A stretch of 64,000 nucleotides of DNA from a virus (lineage: Duplodnaviria > Caudoviricetes), in IMG/VR virus record IMGVR_UViG_2630968332_000001, positions 65,219-129,218 of that record. One strand, written 5' to 3'. Shown here piece after piece: positions 1 through 10,464 of this stretch. The position numbers and the translations under genes were made by a program. The stretch's first letter is position 1. Every line of letters begins with the position of its first letter. The notes below the pieces were generated by a model. The model had not been told where the DNA came from. It worked only from the letters and a program-made list of their open reading frames with translations, and searched no databases.

Positions 1-172
1 ATACCTTGACTTCGTAACCTAGATACTTTAAGATTTCAACAACTTGGTCTACATACTTATCATCTACAGTTGTGTCTAAGTAATGTAAACCAATCTCAGA
101 GTTACTATGAATTGCGTCATCAATCTCAGTTAGCAATGTTAAAGGTATATTATCTGTATTAACCTTGCCCAT
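1..172 (-). CDS. Hypothetical phage protein, runs off the window edge; paralog of 159..695
   Basis: Reads MGKVNTDNIPLTLLTEIDDAIHSNSEIGLHYLDTTVDDKYVDQVVEILKYLGYEVKV and aligns with MSMVNMDNIPLRVLAEV...VVEALKILGYEVKN. Not in the ORF track. Confidence 0.8.
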   Translation of the reverse strand, partial: MGKVNTDNIPLTLLTEIDDAIHSNSEIGLHYLDTTVDDKYVDQVVEILKYLGYEVKV

Positions 173-695
173 CTTCCACTTCACCATCTTTCAACTCAAA
201 AATAGCTGTATCGCCGCCATCAACAGCATGTGCATAAATATTGTGATAATGTTCCAAATACCATAATTCAGTTTCATGCAAGATATTTGCTACATCATCT
301 ACATGTTCTTTTAATGTATATCCTTTTTCCTTCATACGTTTAGTTCTCATAATAACAAGTAGCAAGGATATTCTTTTCTTTTTATGGGCTTCAGCATAAG
401 CATTTGCGTTCTGGGCTGTATCTATATAAACAGCACAATCCAAGTTGTAATCACCGTTTAAATTTCGTGGTTCATTAAAATCAATACATAACTTTGTCGT
501 ATCTGTATTAGTGTTACTACCAAGATTTTTAACCTCGTAACCCAAAATTTTTAAAGCCTCCACAACCTTAACCAAATATTGATTTGGGATATGTACGTCA
601 GCTGCACATATACCGATTTTAGCCATGTTATTGATTGAACTACTTACCTCTGCCAATACCCTTAACGGAATGTTGTCCATGTTAACCATGCTCAT
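159..695 (-). CDS. Hypothetical phage protein
   Basis: Track ORF 159..704. Start moved to the ATG at 695 on the GGGAG RBS and paralog alignment. Confidence 0.75.
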   Translation of the reverse strand: MSMVNMDNIPLRVLAEVSSSINNMAKIGICAADVHIPNQYLVKVVEALKILGYEVKNLGSNTNTDTTKLCIDFNEPRNLNGDYNLDCAVYIDTAQNANAYAEAHKKKRISLLLVIMRTKRMKEKGYTLKEHVDDVANILHETELWYLEHYHNIYAHAVDGGDTAIFELKDGEVEDGQG

Positions 696-1209
696 AATAA
701 CCATTCTCCCTCAACACTTTTTCTATTTTGTTTAAATGTTTACTTACGATAGCCAATGCGTCACTAAATACTTCCATATAACTAATAGGGACAAGTCCAT
801 CTAATTCATAAAAGACACTACCATAGGTTTTATCGAGATAAACAGTTTCACCTTTATATTCGATATATATTCTGGTAAGTTTTTCGGCACGAAACTCGTC
901 ACCGTCATCATAATTAAGTTCTGTATCAAACTCATTAAAATCAAAGTCCATAACGAAGATTTCTACTTCGCTACCGTACTTTTTCTCTACTTCATCAATC
1001 ATGTCAGTGAGTATATGCTCGATTTTCCAAGACCAATCATACATAGGCCACCCCTCCTTCTTATCAATATAGTTATTCAATTCTTGTATCAAATTAAGGT
1101 ACTCATTCAAATCAGACCAAATTGAAACATTATCTAAATCTTGATTATGAAATACTATTTTGTAGTGATTGTCACGAAAATCATCTAACAAATCCTTTAA
1201 ATCTCTCAT
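682..1209 (-). CDS. Acidic hypothetical phage protein
   Basis: 175-aa ORF tightly packed between its neighbours. Confidence 0.75.
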   Translation of the reverse strand: MRDLKDLLDDFRDNHYKIVFHNQDLDNVSIWSDLNEYLNLIQELNNYIDKKEGWPMYDWSWKIEHILTDMIDEVEKKYGSEVEIFVMDFDFNEFDTELNYDDGDEFRAEKLTRIYIEYKGETVYLDKTYGSVFYELDGLVPISYMEVFSDALAIVSKHLNKIEKVLRENGYYEHG

Positions 1210-1212
1210 GAA

Positions 1213-1689
1213 CTAATCAACCCTCTTAGTCATTTCTTCTAAAGCGTCTTGCCACTTGTATTCCACATCTTCCTTGATAATAGGGTTGGTTTTCTTCGTC
1301 AGACCAACAACCTTAACCCTAAAGTCATGCACACGAGGAACTACAATTTCAACAGGAATACCATATTGCTTAGCAAACATCTTAAATCTTAATTGTGCTG
1401 CTGGGTCAATATTGTATGTTGAGTTAAACCCTGTCTTAACGTCATAAACATGTAGCAAGTTACCATCTTCATCTCTTATCACAACATCTGGTGTGTAATT
1501 AGCACTTCTCAAACGCAGACCATTGTGTAATTCCACCATAGGTTGGATTGTAAAAGACTCGTGTACGGTAGCATTTAAATCTCTACCATAAATAAATCGC
1601 TCATAAAACTTAGCTTCTTTTTCAGAGTCAAATTTCAGACCATCAAATTCAACTTTCTTACCAAAGTAAGCTGTTCTACCTCTATTAAT
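1213..1689 (-). CDS. DUF1064-like PD-(D/E)XK endonuclease-fold protein, probable ATT start
   Basis: The frame stays open upstream of the track ORF: KKVEFDGLKFDSEKEAKFY...YTPDVVI...VYDVKTG. A GAGGTG RBS precedes ATT at 1689. Confidence 0.75.
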   Translation of the reverse strand: MNRGRTAYFGKKVEFDGLKFDSEKEAKFYERFIYGRDLNATVHESFTIQPMVELHNGLRLRSANYTPDVVIRDEDGNLLHVYDVKTGFNSTYNIDPAAQLRFKMFAKQYGIPVEIVVPRVHDFRVKVVGLTKKTNPIIKEDVEYKWQDALEEMTKRVD

Positions 1690-1763
1690 TCTAGTTTTGC
1701 ACCTCGCTTATTCGATTTTGTTAAGAGTTCGTTTATTCACTGAACTCTTAACTTAACTATTAT

Positions 1764-1791
1764 ATTATATCATATATTAATATTAAATCAA
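1764..1791 (-). promoter_or_regulatory. Sigma-A-type promoter
   Basis: TTGATT-16-TATAAT with extended TG. Confidence 0.6.
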
Positions 1792-1802
1792 GAATTAAAC
1801 AC

Positions 1803-1832
1803 AAAAAACCTCGCAGCAAAATACTACGAGGT
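1803..1832 (-). terminator. Intrinsic terminator for leftward transcription (dnaE-ligase operon or antitoxin RNA)
   Basis: ACCTCGTAGTA-TTT-TGCTGCGAGGT followed by a T run on the minus strand. Confidence 0.7.
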
Positions 1833-1849
1833 CAAAAAGGTTTACAGTG

Positions 1850-1858
1850 TGTTATAAT
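1850..1858 (+). promoter_or_regulatory. Extended -10 promoter of the toxin mRNA
   Basis: TGTTATAAT just upstream of a structured transcript unit that ends in a terminator. Confidence 0.65.
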
Positions 1859-1951
1859 GTATCGTGGCGAAAGTTATAAAGACGGTGGCTGACTTATTAG
1901 AAAGTGTGGTGTTGCCTATGCAATGCGAAACTAACGAAAGGAAAGCCATTT

Positions 1952-2035
1952 GTGTCTGTCTATCAAGCCTTGATGTTGACGTTAACATTCGGTATGTTCC
2001 TATTGGCATTACTGACATACATCAGCAAAAAGTAA
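1952..2035 (+). CDS. Type I toxin, putative holin-like toxin / TxpA-like membrane peptide (27 aa)
   Basis: GAAAGGA RBS and GTG start give MSVYQALMLTLTFGMFLLALLTYISKK: one transmembrane helix with a basic tail. Confidence 0.85.
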   Translation: MSVYQALMLTLTFGMFLLALLTYISKK

Positions 2036-2039
2036 GCAA

Positions 2040-2190
2040 CTTTGTTGTAACGATAGTAGATACAGTAAAACCGTCCGATTGTAACTTTGGCGAGTTCGTG
2101 GACGGTTGCTGTATGTGACTATCTAAATAACTATGCCACCGTCTTTTAAACGGTCGCTGTGAGTCATGCTTCGGCATGGCTTTTTCTATT
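2040..2190 (-). ncRNA. Putative RatA-like antisense antitoxin RNA (ends approximate)
   Basis: Convergent promoter-like TGGTAA-17-TATTCT with TG near 2194-2222. Long hairpin at 2052-2124 with a CGCCAA loop on the minus strand. Confidence 0.55.
2162..2185 (+). terminator. Intrinsic terminator of the toxin mRNA
   Basis: AGTCATGC-TTCG-GCATGGCT followed by TTTT. Confidence 0.8.
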
Positions 2191-2267
2191 TATAGAATAT
2201 CACAAAATGCAATAAATTACCATATTTGATATTTCACAACGTTTCACAGCATTCCATTTATTGTGAT

Positions 2268-3655
2268 TTATGCTTCGTATGAAATGTCTTCTGGAGTTTT
2301 GTCTAATCGAATTGATTTAATCGTTGGAAATCTAAGAGAGATATTATTATCGTTTTGATTGTTTGTTTCTTCAAAGTATTGGACATCTACAACTTTGCCG
2401 ATAATCTTGTTAGGGTTAGCCCAATATGTGTTACGTTCTTCCAATGTAAAGCCAGAACCTACCTTAACGTCATTGCCTTTATAGTCAATAATTACACCGC
2501 CTAGTGTGCAGATAGTTCGCCTGTGCCTTCAAATACACCTTTGACTAAGACATCAGCATTGAAAAACTCTTTAACTTTTAAAATATCACTTGTGCGTTTG
2601 GTTTGATATAAACCGTCTGAAAGATTAATCATTAAGCCTTCCCAGCCTAATGGTTCTACGTATTCTTCTTGTAAGGATAGGATAACATTTGGGTGATATG
2701 TGTCTTCATAGATATTTTCAACTTCATATAAGTGTCGTGATGGTGGATTTATTTCGCTTTCTGGTGATTTAGTAGATTTGAGTGGGTAGATAGAATAGAA
2801 AGCATTAGATAAATCTTCTTTGCGTTTCCAGAATGGGTCTTTAGATATGCCAGTGATAAATTCTTCGTAAGGTAAACAGTCAAATGCGTTGAATAAAACT
2901 GAACTTTTATCAGCACTATCACTTCTCAAAATACTTGTCGTCAATCTAAACAAGTCCTTAGTTTCTAGCCCATCTGCGTTGTATGCAAGCAACTCGCCAT
3001 CTAACACATAATCTTTTCCACCGAAACCATGTTTCACTAATTCCTCTGCCTCATGTTGTTGAATATCTAAACCATTAACCACCAAGCCCTTTCTCGTATA
3101 GAATGTAGCCTTACCGTTCTTTACAATACAGATAGACCTATGCCCATCTAACTTTTGTGTAACGATAATTTCGCTACCTTCTAGCTTATTTAAATACTTG
3201 TGATAGGGATAGGCTAACTGGCAGCCAAATTCTTCAATAAACCCCTTGCCTAGCACCTTATTAATTGTTTTGGCTGTAATACCAACCTTTAGCTTTTTGG
3301 TAAAGACATCTTTTAGGAATTGCCTTGTTTCTTCATCTTCAAACTGATTGATATAGGTTTGCAGAATATATACTGTATCTAACTTACCAGTGTTATGTTC
3401 TTTAACCCAATCTAACAGGCTCTCATAGTTGTATTTAAACCCTGTATTCAGCACCATAAATTCATTGTCTTTGATGTTGGCATTAATCTTCTTGGTTGAA
3501 ATACCAGTGGTGATAAAGTCGTCATAGACAAACTTCAATGTCTTGGTAAACAACTGATTATCCTTGTATTTGTTGATAATATCTTCTTTGGCTTTCTTAG
3601 AAGATACAGATTTGATTTCTTTGAAAATGTCCTTTAATTCAATGATATTATTCAT
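2268..3655 (-). CDS. lig: ATP-dependent DNA ligase (SPbeta LigB-like), frameshifted near 2509
   Basis: KLDGHR adenylation motif, EGLM and LKVK motifs. The OB domain (TLGGVIIDYKGNDVKVGSGF...SLRFP) continues in another frame to the TAA at 2268. Confidence 0.9.
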
Positions 3656-4127
3656 TCACGCTTACCCCGCTGCCTTCAAGATTTTCTAGTTTGTCTTTGA
3701 CTTGATTAAATCTATCATCATCTTTGCCTTGTTCTTCTAAAATCTTAGCAAACAAACCAGATGTTTCACTTTTAGTCTTTACCAAATATTCTTTTAGTGT
3801 TAAGACTTCACATTCATCATTACTGATAACCTCATCAATTTGGTATAACATACCATCATAGATGTACTCGAACTCTACTAAGCATAATCTGTCTTCACCC
3901 AGCATGTTGCCTACATCATTGCAATGCAATACCAAGTTGTTTGTATTCATAATCTCACGTAGTAATTCTTGCCAGTTTCTCAATGCTGTTTCACAACTAC
4001 TAATCTTTTCATCATTGTTTGGGTCGGCCGCTAGTATTGTAGTTAATACATCAACATCACGACAAGTTTTTGATAATTCGATATTTTTAATTGACATTAC
4101 ACGTTTAACTTTCACTTTACACACCAT
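3648..4127 (-). CDS. Hypothetical phage protein
   Basis: 159-aa ORF overlapping both neighbours. Confidence 0.7.
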   Translation of the reverse strand: MVCKVKVKRVMSIKNIELSKTCRDVDVLTTILAADPNNDEKISSCETALRNWQELLREIMNTNNLVLHCNDVGNMLGEDRLCLVEFEYIYDGMLYQIDEVISNDECEVLTLKEYLVKTKSETSGLFAKILEEQGKDDDRFNQVKDKLENLEGSGVSVNE

Positions 4128-7100
4128 CGTCCTTTTTATTTAAATTTATTAAACTAAATGCTTCTAACCAGAACTCCCTCTCATCTTCGCTCTTAGTCCA
4201 TTTTCCATTAACGTTAACTATCTTAGGTTTTGCAACAACCTTCTTAATATTGATGAAGTCACCTATCTCTATTTTTTGAGATATATAATTTCTTTTTGAT
4301 ACCAATATTTGACTTATTTTTCCAGTTTTTAAGCTATAAATATTTAATTTGCATCTATTACTCATCTTAGCTAAATCAGTCACAAAAACGTAAGTATTAG
4401 GTAATTTGTCATTGGAATAGCTAATTTTCCCCTTGAGTTCTAACTGTTGTTTAAGTTGATAATCTAGCGGAAAATCAATGTTAGCAGACGTTCTTTCAAA
4501 CTCAAGACATTCAAGGTATGCCTTCTGTTTATTGATGAGCGTCTTATTCTTCGGTTTGTATATTTTAATGAACTTTTTATAAGTTTCAGCTAATAGTTTA
4601 GACCCACCAAATTCATCAAAATAATTCAGCGATATTAAGTTTAGCATAATAGACTTATTAACTTCAACACATTTTTCTTTTTTTATGAAGATGTTTTTGT
4701 TGCACTTTGCAAGTTTGTCTATTTCCTTGACTTTGTCAGATGATAATTTATACAAATTTGTTAATTTTGTTATATAATTACTCTCTTGAATTGCTTGGAT
4801 AGGCTCGTAAATATCCAATAACAAGTCTGTAAATGTGTCATATTGGTTATCACGTAAACTGTATAATTGTTCACCAGCTTTCTCATTTACACGTTTAATC
4901 GGTTCGATACCTTCATAAATTGAGTTAGTTTCCTTATCCATGTAATACAAGGCACGTGATTTTCTAAATCTAGCTGGCTTGATATTGATACCTCTACTTT
5001 CAAGATATGAAGTAACCTTAGCAATCTTTTCTGGTTTATCTTTCCAGATTTCACATGCTGCTGTACCCCATTCCAGTGGATAGTAATATCTTAGCCAAGT
5101 TGAGATATAACCAATATATGAATATGCCATTGAGTGATTAATAGAAAAACCGTAGTTGGCAGCGTCCATGAATACTTGCATAAAGTCTTTTGCAATCTTT
5201 TCAGCGTGTTCTTCACTATCACCATATTTTTCCATCATGGTCTTAACAAACGCTTTATGAATTTTAGGCACTTCTTCATCGAGAATTGACTTAATCTTCT
5301 TGCTGAAACCCCGTCTAACGATGTCAGCCGCACCAGCTGTATATCCACAAAATTGCACTAGAAATTGGATTAATTGTTCTTGATACACAAGATTGCCAAG
5401 CGTAGGAGCTAAAAACTCATTTAAGGCTGGATGTCCATTATCTTTAACAATGCCATGAGTAACATTGTATAAATAACTTGCACCAGAAGGTCTTTGAGCT
5501 GCGTTAGCCAAACTCAATAAATCCATGTACCGAACTTTTGTTCTTTTATTATTATCGAACCCATTTTCGATTTTGTCAATAGTATCTGGTGCGAACAAAT
5601 CTTTAAGAATTTGACCCGCCCTATCTGCTTCAAATTGGAAGATACCAATGTTGTTATCACGCATAGAGCCCCAAACCTTTTTATCTTCAAAATCAACAAT
5701 GTCTGTACTGTCTGGTGTTAGGTATGGCAAACCAGCTAATTTACATGCTTTAGAGATTAAACCAACATTATCTAAACCTAACATATCAAACTTTACCCAA
5801 TTATAGTGGTCTATCTCTTTCATAGTAACCTGTGTTACAGGGTAGTCCCATTTAGAGATGGTTTGAATACCAACATGGTCGTCAATAGTATTAGTGTCAA
5901 TCAAAACACCAGCCGCATGTCTACCAAAGGAGTCAATCACACCTACAATTTGCTTTGCATTATCAAACAATTCTTTATGTTCTTCGTATAAGCTATTGTT
6001 GTAATTACCCTTATCATCAATTTGATTTCTAATACTTTGAATATATTGTGGTTTGCCAGCATATCTATCCATACCATCAGCAATAGCCTTGATAGCACCT
6101 TTTAGACCATAAGTGTTAGTTGTTAAGATAGAGGCAGCGTGCCATTTATCATTAGTCAACATCCATTGTTGTATCCATTGTTGGTCTTTGCTCTCGAGGT
6201 CTAGGTCTATATCGGCGAGCGATACACGTTCTGGGTTCATAAAGCGTTCAAAATTTAAACCTAATCTAACACTATCCATGTCAGTTTGATGGCATAGATA
6301 TGCGATTAAAGACCCAGATACGCTTCCGCGACCTGCACCTGTATCAATACCATTTTTATGGGCTGTATTAACAATATCTTCGTGGCATAACATATAATCA
6401 ATCGCACCGTTATGTTTGTATACTTCATATTCGTGTTTAACTCTATCTAAGTACACTTTACGTTCTTCTTTTGGTTTGTCTAAGATACCTCTATCCTTTA
6501 ACCCTTGTTTAATTCTCTTTTGGAACTCTTTTTCTGGGTCTTTATACAGTTTAGGGTATTTATGGCTCTTATCTAGCTCAAATTCTTCCACACTGTCAGC
6601 AATGTCTAAGGTTGCTTGTAATGCTTTTGTGATTACTTCATCGCTCATAATATCAACATTAAAATCAGCTCTTTGTTTTTGAAATGAACTAACCATTTCA
6701 TCATAAGTTTTAACCCATAACTCAAACTCATCGTCGCTATCATAACCATTATGCTTTCCTTTTTTAACAATCATTCTAAGTTCATTGTGTTTGGGATTTA
6801 AAGCGTGGACGTCATTACTAGCAATAACATGGCAGCCAATCAATTTAGCATACTTAATAGCTAGGGTATTTAATTCGGCTTGTTCTTTATTGTCATGTGG
6901 TTGAATTTCAAAATAGAACATATCCTTATGCAACTTAGCCATATCAAGCCATTGTTGTACTACGTTCTTTTTATTATTTCTAATTTCTTCTGTATCATCT
7001 TTTTGGGGTTTGTTTTGATAGATAAAGCCCGCCAAACAGGCTGTGGTAATGTAGATATTACCGTTTTTGAAAGTGTCTTTTAATTCATTGAATAGAATAC

Positions 7101-7458
7101 GTGGTTTGCGATAGAAGTGTCCGTCCGTTCTATTAAAAGACTTTGATGATAATTTATTGATTTCCTTAACACCGTCATAATTTCGTGCTAAGAGAATTGT
7201 ATGATATGCTTCTTTGCCTTCTAAACTCATTGTTACATAGGCTTCCATTCCATGAATATATTTTAAACCAGCTTGTTCTGCCAGTTCCTTTCGATATATC
7301 CACCGAACTACATTCCCATGTTCAGTTGATGTAACTGCATGTAGCCCATGTTCTTTAGCATAAGCAACATAATCTTTGAATTGAGTTACAACTTCAAAAT
7401 AGTTGCTATTACTAATGTCTGTATGTTGATGTAAACTTATCCATTGCTTATCTGCCAT
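4117..7458 (-). CDS. dnaE: DNA polymerase III alpha subunit (phage DnaE)
   Basis: PHP domain (HQHTD, TEHGN), GRGSVSGSL, FERFMNPER, catalytic DIDLD, KFDMLGL and YGFSINHS motifs. Confidence 0.95.
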   Translation of the reverse strand: MADKQWISLHQHTDISNSNYFEVVTQFKDYVAYAKEHGLHAVTSTEHGNVVRWIYRKELAEQAGLKYIHGMEAYVTMSLEGKEAYHTILLARNYDGVKEINKLSSKSFNRTDGHFYRKPRILFNELKDTFKNGNIYITTACLAGFIYQNKPQKDDTEEIRNNKKNVVQQWLDMAKLHKDMFYFEIQPHDNKEQAELNTLAIKYAKLIGCHVIASNDVHALNPKHNELRMIVKKGKHNGYDSDDEFELWVKTYDEMVSSFQKQRADFNVDIMSDEVITKALQATLDIADSVEEFELDKSHKYPKLYKDPEKEFQKRIKQGLKDRGILDKPKEERKVYLDRVKHEYEVYKHNGAIDYMLCHEDIVNTAHKNGIDTGAGRGSVSGSLIAYLCHQTDMDSVRLGLNFERFMNPERVSLADIDLDLESKDQQWIQQWMLTNDKWHAASILTTNTYGLKGAIKAIADGMDRYAGKPQYIQSIRNQIDDKGNYNNSLYEEHKELFDNAKQIVGVIDSFGRHAAGVLIDTNTIDDHVGIQTISKWDYPVTQVTMKEIDHYNWVKFDMLGLDNVGLISKACKLAGLPYLTPDSTDIVDFEDKKVWGSMRDNNIGIFQFEADRAGQILKDLFAPDTIDKIENGFDNNKRTKVRYMDLLSLANAAQRPSGASYLYNVTHGIVKDNGHPALNEFLAPTLGNLVYQEQLIQFLVQFCGYTAGAADIVRRGFSKKIKSILDEEVPKIHKAFVKTMMEKYGDSEEHAEKIAKDFMQVFMDAANYGFSINHSMAYSYIGYISTWLRYYYPLEWGTAACEIWKDKPEKIAKVTSYLESRGINIKPARFRKSRALYYMDKETNSIYEGIEPIKRVNEKAGEQLYSLRDNQYDTFTDLLLDIYEPIQAIQESNYITKLTNLYKLSSDKVKEIDKLAKCNKNIFIKKEKCVEVNKSIMLNLISLNYFDEFGGSKLLAETYKKFIKIYKPKNKTLINKQKAYLECLEFERTSANIDFPLDYQLKQQLELKGKISYSNDKLPNTYVFVTDLAKMSNRCKLNIYSLKTGKISQILVSKRNYISQKIEIGDFINIKKVVAKPKIVNVNGKWTKSEDEREFWLEAFSLINLNKKDDGV

Positions 7459-8062
7459 ATTCCTCTAACCACTTCTTTTCTCTATTTTCTGTATCAAAAT
7501 GTTCTGCCAAGACCAACAAATTGCTACTGTCAAAGTCTTCGTAAACATGAAGGTCATATGTTTTATCGGTGTAATATAACGCTTTACCGTCTGGATGGTA
7601 GTCAAATTCCATATCAAACATTGTGAATTTGATATGGCTAGTTGCATAACTGTCTAAATCTATATAACAATCATCAGCTCTAACAGTTTTGCCACGATAA
7701 GTAACCAATACAACAGAGTCTGCATAGATAGGGTTACCTTCTCTATCTTTAATACCTAAGTCACCACAGACACTAAAATATTCCATAATGGCACTTTCCA
7801 ACCAATCTGTATCAAACTTAGTGTCGTTGCGATATACTTTTGTATCTAACCATTCTGCAAAATGAACTAAGTTATTAATTGGTGGCACTGTTGCATTATC
7901 CCAGCTGTCCCACCAACCATTTACCGTAATTTCTTTACCGTTAGCTAGTTTGAATATGAAAGTAGGGTATTTAAACGTTTCGTAAGTTCCAAAGCAAAAT
8001 TCGCAAGTCCCAACATCAACTTCTTCATATTCAGTTTGTACATCAACTAAATGTATTTTCAT
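7448..8062 (-). CDS. Hypothetical phage protein with a CxxC motif
   Basis: GGAGGG RBS before ATG 8062. GTCEFC motif. Confidence 0.75.
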   Translation of the reverse strand: MKIHLVDVQTEYEEVDVGTCEFCFGTYETFKYPTFIFKLANGKEITVNGWWDSWDNATVPPINNLVHFAEWLDTKVYRNDTKFDTDWLESAIMEYFSVCGDLGIKDREGNPIYADSVVLVTYRGKTVRADDCYIDLDSYATSHIKFTMFDMEFDYHPDGKALYYTDKTYDLHVYEDFDSSNLLVLAEHFDTENREKKWLEEYGR

Positions 8063-8085
8063 TAAAATTCCCTCCATTAAAAATA

Positions 8086-9264
8086 CTATCCAAACAGCAT
8101 ATTCATGATTTCATCTGTTTCATCATCTTGTTGTTTATCCATTTCGCCACCAAATAACCATGCTGTATCTTCGTCTAGGTTTTCTTCTGGTGGTAAATCG
8201 TCTACTAAATTCTCACGTTTCTTAAAGTAATCAGATGTATGATATGCACACAATTTCTTGTCATAATAGTTATCTGGGTCATATGGGTATGTGTATGATA
8301 GGTAACCTTCTAAGTCTTCAATATCTTCTAAAGCTACAATCTCATCGCACTTATTACCAATATGTTTATTCAATTCTTTTATATCATCTTCGTTAATATC
8401 AATTTCAATGAAGTAGTTTTCAATATAGAATTGTTCACGAATATCTTCTGGTAAGTTATCCATATCATTGTTTGCACAAGCTGTATCAATCATTTCTTCG
8501 ATTGTAATGGGGTCTAAGTCAGTTTTCTTCAACTTAGTTTCTAACTTCTTACGCATTTTTTCTACCCATTGATAACGTTCTTGTACACTTGTTTTCCATT
8601 TACCATTTTCTTGTTTGAAATGAACCGTACAATACTTAGCCATATCAAAACGTGCTTTAATCTTATCGTAAGGAGTGCCATGCACTTGATGTTCTGCCAT
8701 AGCATACAACCTTAACTGCATTGATTTTTCTGGTAACTTGGCTTTTGAGAAACTAGACTTAGATGAAGTCTTGTAATCAACTAATACTAAATTCCCATCT
8801 TCATCAGTATATTCTGTATCGACATAACCAACGAATACATATTTATTTCCCTTATCACTTTCAACAATAGCTCTAACAGGCTTTTCATTAACTGCTTTGT
8901 CTGTCATAACCTTTGTATGTTTAAAGTAGTGATTAAGGTTTTTGATATAGCCATCTTTAATCTTTACAGTATCAAACATGTAACGTGCTGGGTCGCTTTC
9001 CCATTTAGCTACAAACTTACTCCATTGTTTATATAAGTCATCATATCCAATTTCATGGTTGTAAAAGTCTTCCATTTCTTGATGGAATTGAGAACCCATG
9101 AATGAATAGATATTACCTTTAGCCAAATCCATATGCCATAAGTAAGTAGCTACGTAATCTACTGGGCATGCTTCAAACTTGGAAATTCTACTATAACTCC
9201 AAATTCTATCCACATCATACTTTTTCTTTAACGCATTTAATTGTTCTTTAGTTAATCGTGCTAT
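8086..9264 (-). CDS. PD-(D/E)XK (RecB/Cas4-like) nuclease, probable ATA start
   Basis: WSYSRISKFEACP, GYVD...LVDYKTS and QLRLYA motifs. An AAGGAG RBS precedes ATA-GCA-CGA (MARLTKEQL). Confidence 0.85.
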   Translation of the reverse strand: MARLTKEQLNALKKKYDVDRIWSYSRISKFEACPVDYVATYLWHMDLAKGNIYSFMGSQFHQEMEDFYNHEIGYDDLYKQWSKFVAKWESDPARYMFDTVKIKDGYIKNLNHYFKHTKVMTDKAVNEKPVRAIVESDKGNKYVFVGYVDTEYTDEDGNLVLVDYKTSSKSSFSKAKLPEKSMQLRLYAMAEHQVHGTPYDKIKARFDMAKYCTVHFKQENGKWKTSVQERYQWVEKMRKKLETKLKKTDLDPITIEEMIDTACANNDMDNLPEDIREQFYIENYFIEIDINEDDIKELNKHIGNKCDEIVALEDIEDLEGYLSYTYPYDPDNYYDKKLCAYHTSDYFKKRENLVDDLPPEENLDEDTAWLFGGEMDKQQDDETDEIMNMLFG

Positions 9265-9280
9265 TTTAGTTTATCTCTCC

Positions 9281-10357
9281 TTATACAAAATTTACTTTAT
9301 TTCTAGTTTTCATTGAATACCGCCAGCCTACACCTTTCTTTCCCAATGTATCTATTGGTGATTGCTTAGGTTTGAATATATTAACAGGCGGTCTAATATA
9401 CGATACTCTACGGAAATTGGAGAACTTATCTGCTACTTCTTTTAGATATTCTTCCCCACCATTTTCACCAAACATAACATCTTCATCAAATGCTATGACA
9501 ATCTCACAATCTTCTGGAGTATTTCTTATAATGAATTTCCGTTGTATTTCAGATACGTTGTGATTGCCTAATGCAACAGAATATCCCTTACCACGTTTAT
9601 ATGTGAATTGCTTTAATACCGACTTTTCACCCTCGAACAAAACAAGCATATTACTCTTAGCTAAATTGTTCTTAGACTGTTGGAATCCATACAAGTTATT
9701 GCTCTTAGAAAAGCCATCAATGTAATTCCAGTACTTAGGAACACCTAATAACTTGGCTGTATCACTATCTAATATAGTTCTGCCTTGTATGCCAACAATG
9801 TTATTCTCATCATTCCAATCATAATGTGGGAAGATTATCCTATCTCTTTCTGGGTCATAACAAATATTGAATTGTTTAATCACATCTGGTGAAATGCCTT
9901 CTTCAATCAATGATTTATGTGGCATTGGAATGAAACAACTAAGATAGCTGTTGTCATACTTTTTATTTTCTTTGCCTTGCACAACCATTCCGTACTTAGC
10001 AAATTGTCTATATTCTTCAATTAGGCTAGTAGTTTGAACTTGCTGTATTGAGTTTCCAATCCCAAACAATGCTTTCATGTAAGCAAACGTTGTAGTGAAG
10101 TCCCAACCTTTTATCTCCTGTATTGCACCAATCAAATCACCACTGTAACTGATTGAGAACATAGATGTAGATAGGCTTTCATTTAATACCACACGTAATG
10201 AGGTGTTGTTATCATGGTCTGGCAAAGCTCCACGTATAACATCTTCTTTCTCATACCATAAATCATGAAAGTTTATATCTTCTAGTATCTTAATTATTCT
10301 GTTGCTATCTTTAAGCAAGTATTCTTTAAACTCTTTGACTTCCGATTTACTTAACAC
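9281..10357 (-). CDS. Phage DNA primase (TOPRIM)
   Basis: RIIFP...IVGIQGR, LYG, FEGEKS and AFDED motifs. Confidence 0.85.
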   Translation of the reverse strand: MLSKSEVKEFKEYLLKDSNRIIKILEDINFHDLWYEKEDVIRGALPDHDNNTSLRVVLNESLSTSMFSISYSGDLIGAIQEIKGWDFTTTFAYMKALFGIGNSIQQVQTTSLIEEYRQFAKYGMVVQGKENKKYDNSYLSCFIPMPHKSLIEEGISPDVIKQFNICYDPERDRIIFPHYDWNDENNIVGIQGRTILDSDTAKLLGVPKYWNYIDGFSKSNNLYGFQQSKNNLAKSNMLVLFEGEKSVLKQFTYKRGKGYSVALGNHNVSEIQRKFIIRNTPEDCEIVIAFDEDVMFGENGGEEYLKEVADKFSNFRRVSYIRPPVNIFKPKQSPIDTLGKKGVGWRYSMKTRNKVNFV

Positions 10358-10383
10358 CTCACTACAAATTTCTCTTTAAACGC

Positions 10384-10416
10384 AAAAAAGGACACACTAC
10401 TTCCGTAATGTGTCCT
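10384..10416 (-). terminator. Promoter-proximal leader terminator (attenuator) ahead of primase
   Basis: AGGACACATTAC-GGAA-GTAGTGTGTCCT followed by TTTTT. A near-identical stem occurs at 59317-59350. Confidence 0.7.
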
Positions 10417-10435
10417 AACGTTTTTCAACTATATT

Positions 10436-10464
10436 ATTATAACATTTTAAACTATCTAAGTCAA
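10436..10464 (-). promoter_or_regulatory. Sigma-A promoter of the replication operon
   Basis: TTGACT-17-TATAAT with TG. Confidence 0.75.

Noticed and set aside
1864-2118. 84-aa plus-strand ORF in the track
   Set aside because: No RBS. It overlaps the better-supported 27-aa toxin in another frame and the structured UTRs.
1862-2162. Possible large ncRNA (RNase P, ROOL or GOLLD-like)
   Set aside because: The end-to-end pairing is explained by a type I toxin mRNA, and hallmark motifs are missing.
4117-7458. Intein or intron in dnaE
   Set aside because: Continuous ORF of normal length with no splicing motifs seen.
8086-9264. Cas4 as part of a CRISPR system
   Set aside because: Stand-alone phage PD-(D/E)XK nuclease in a replication operon, with no array.
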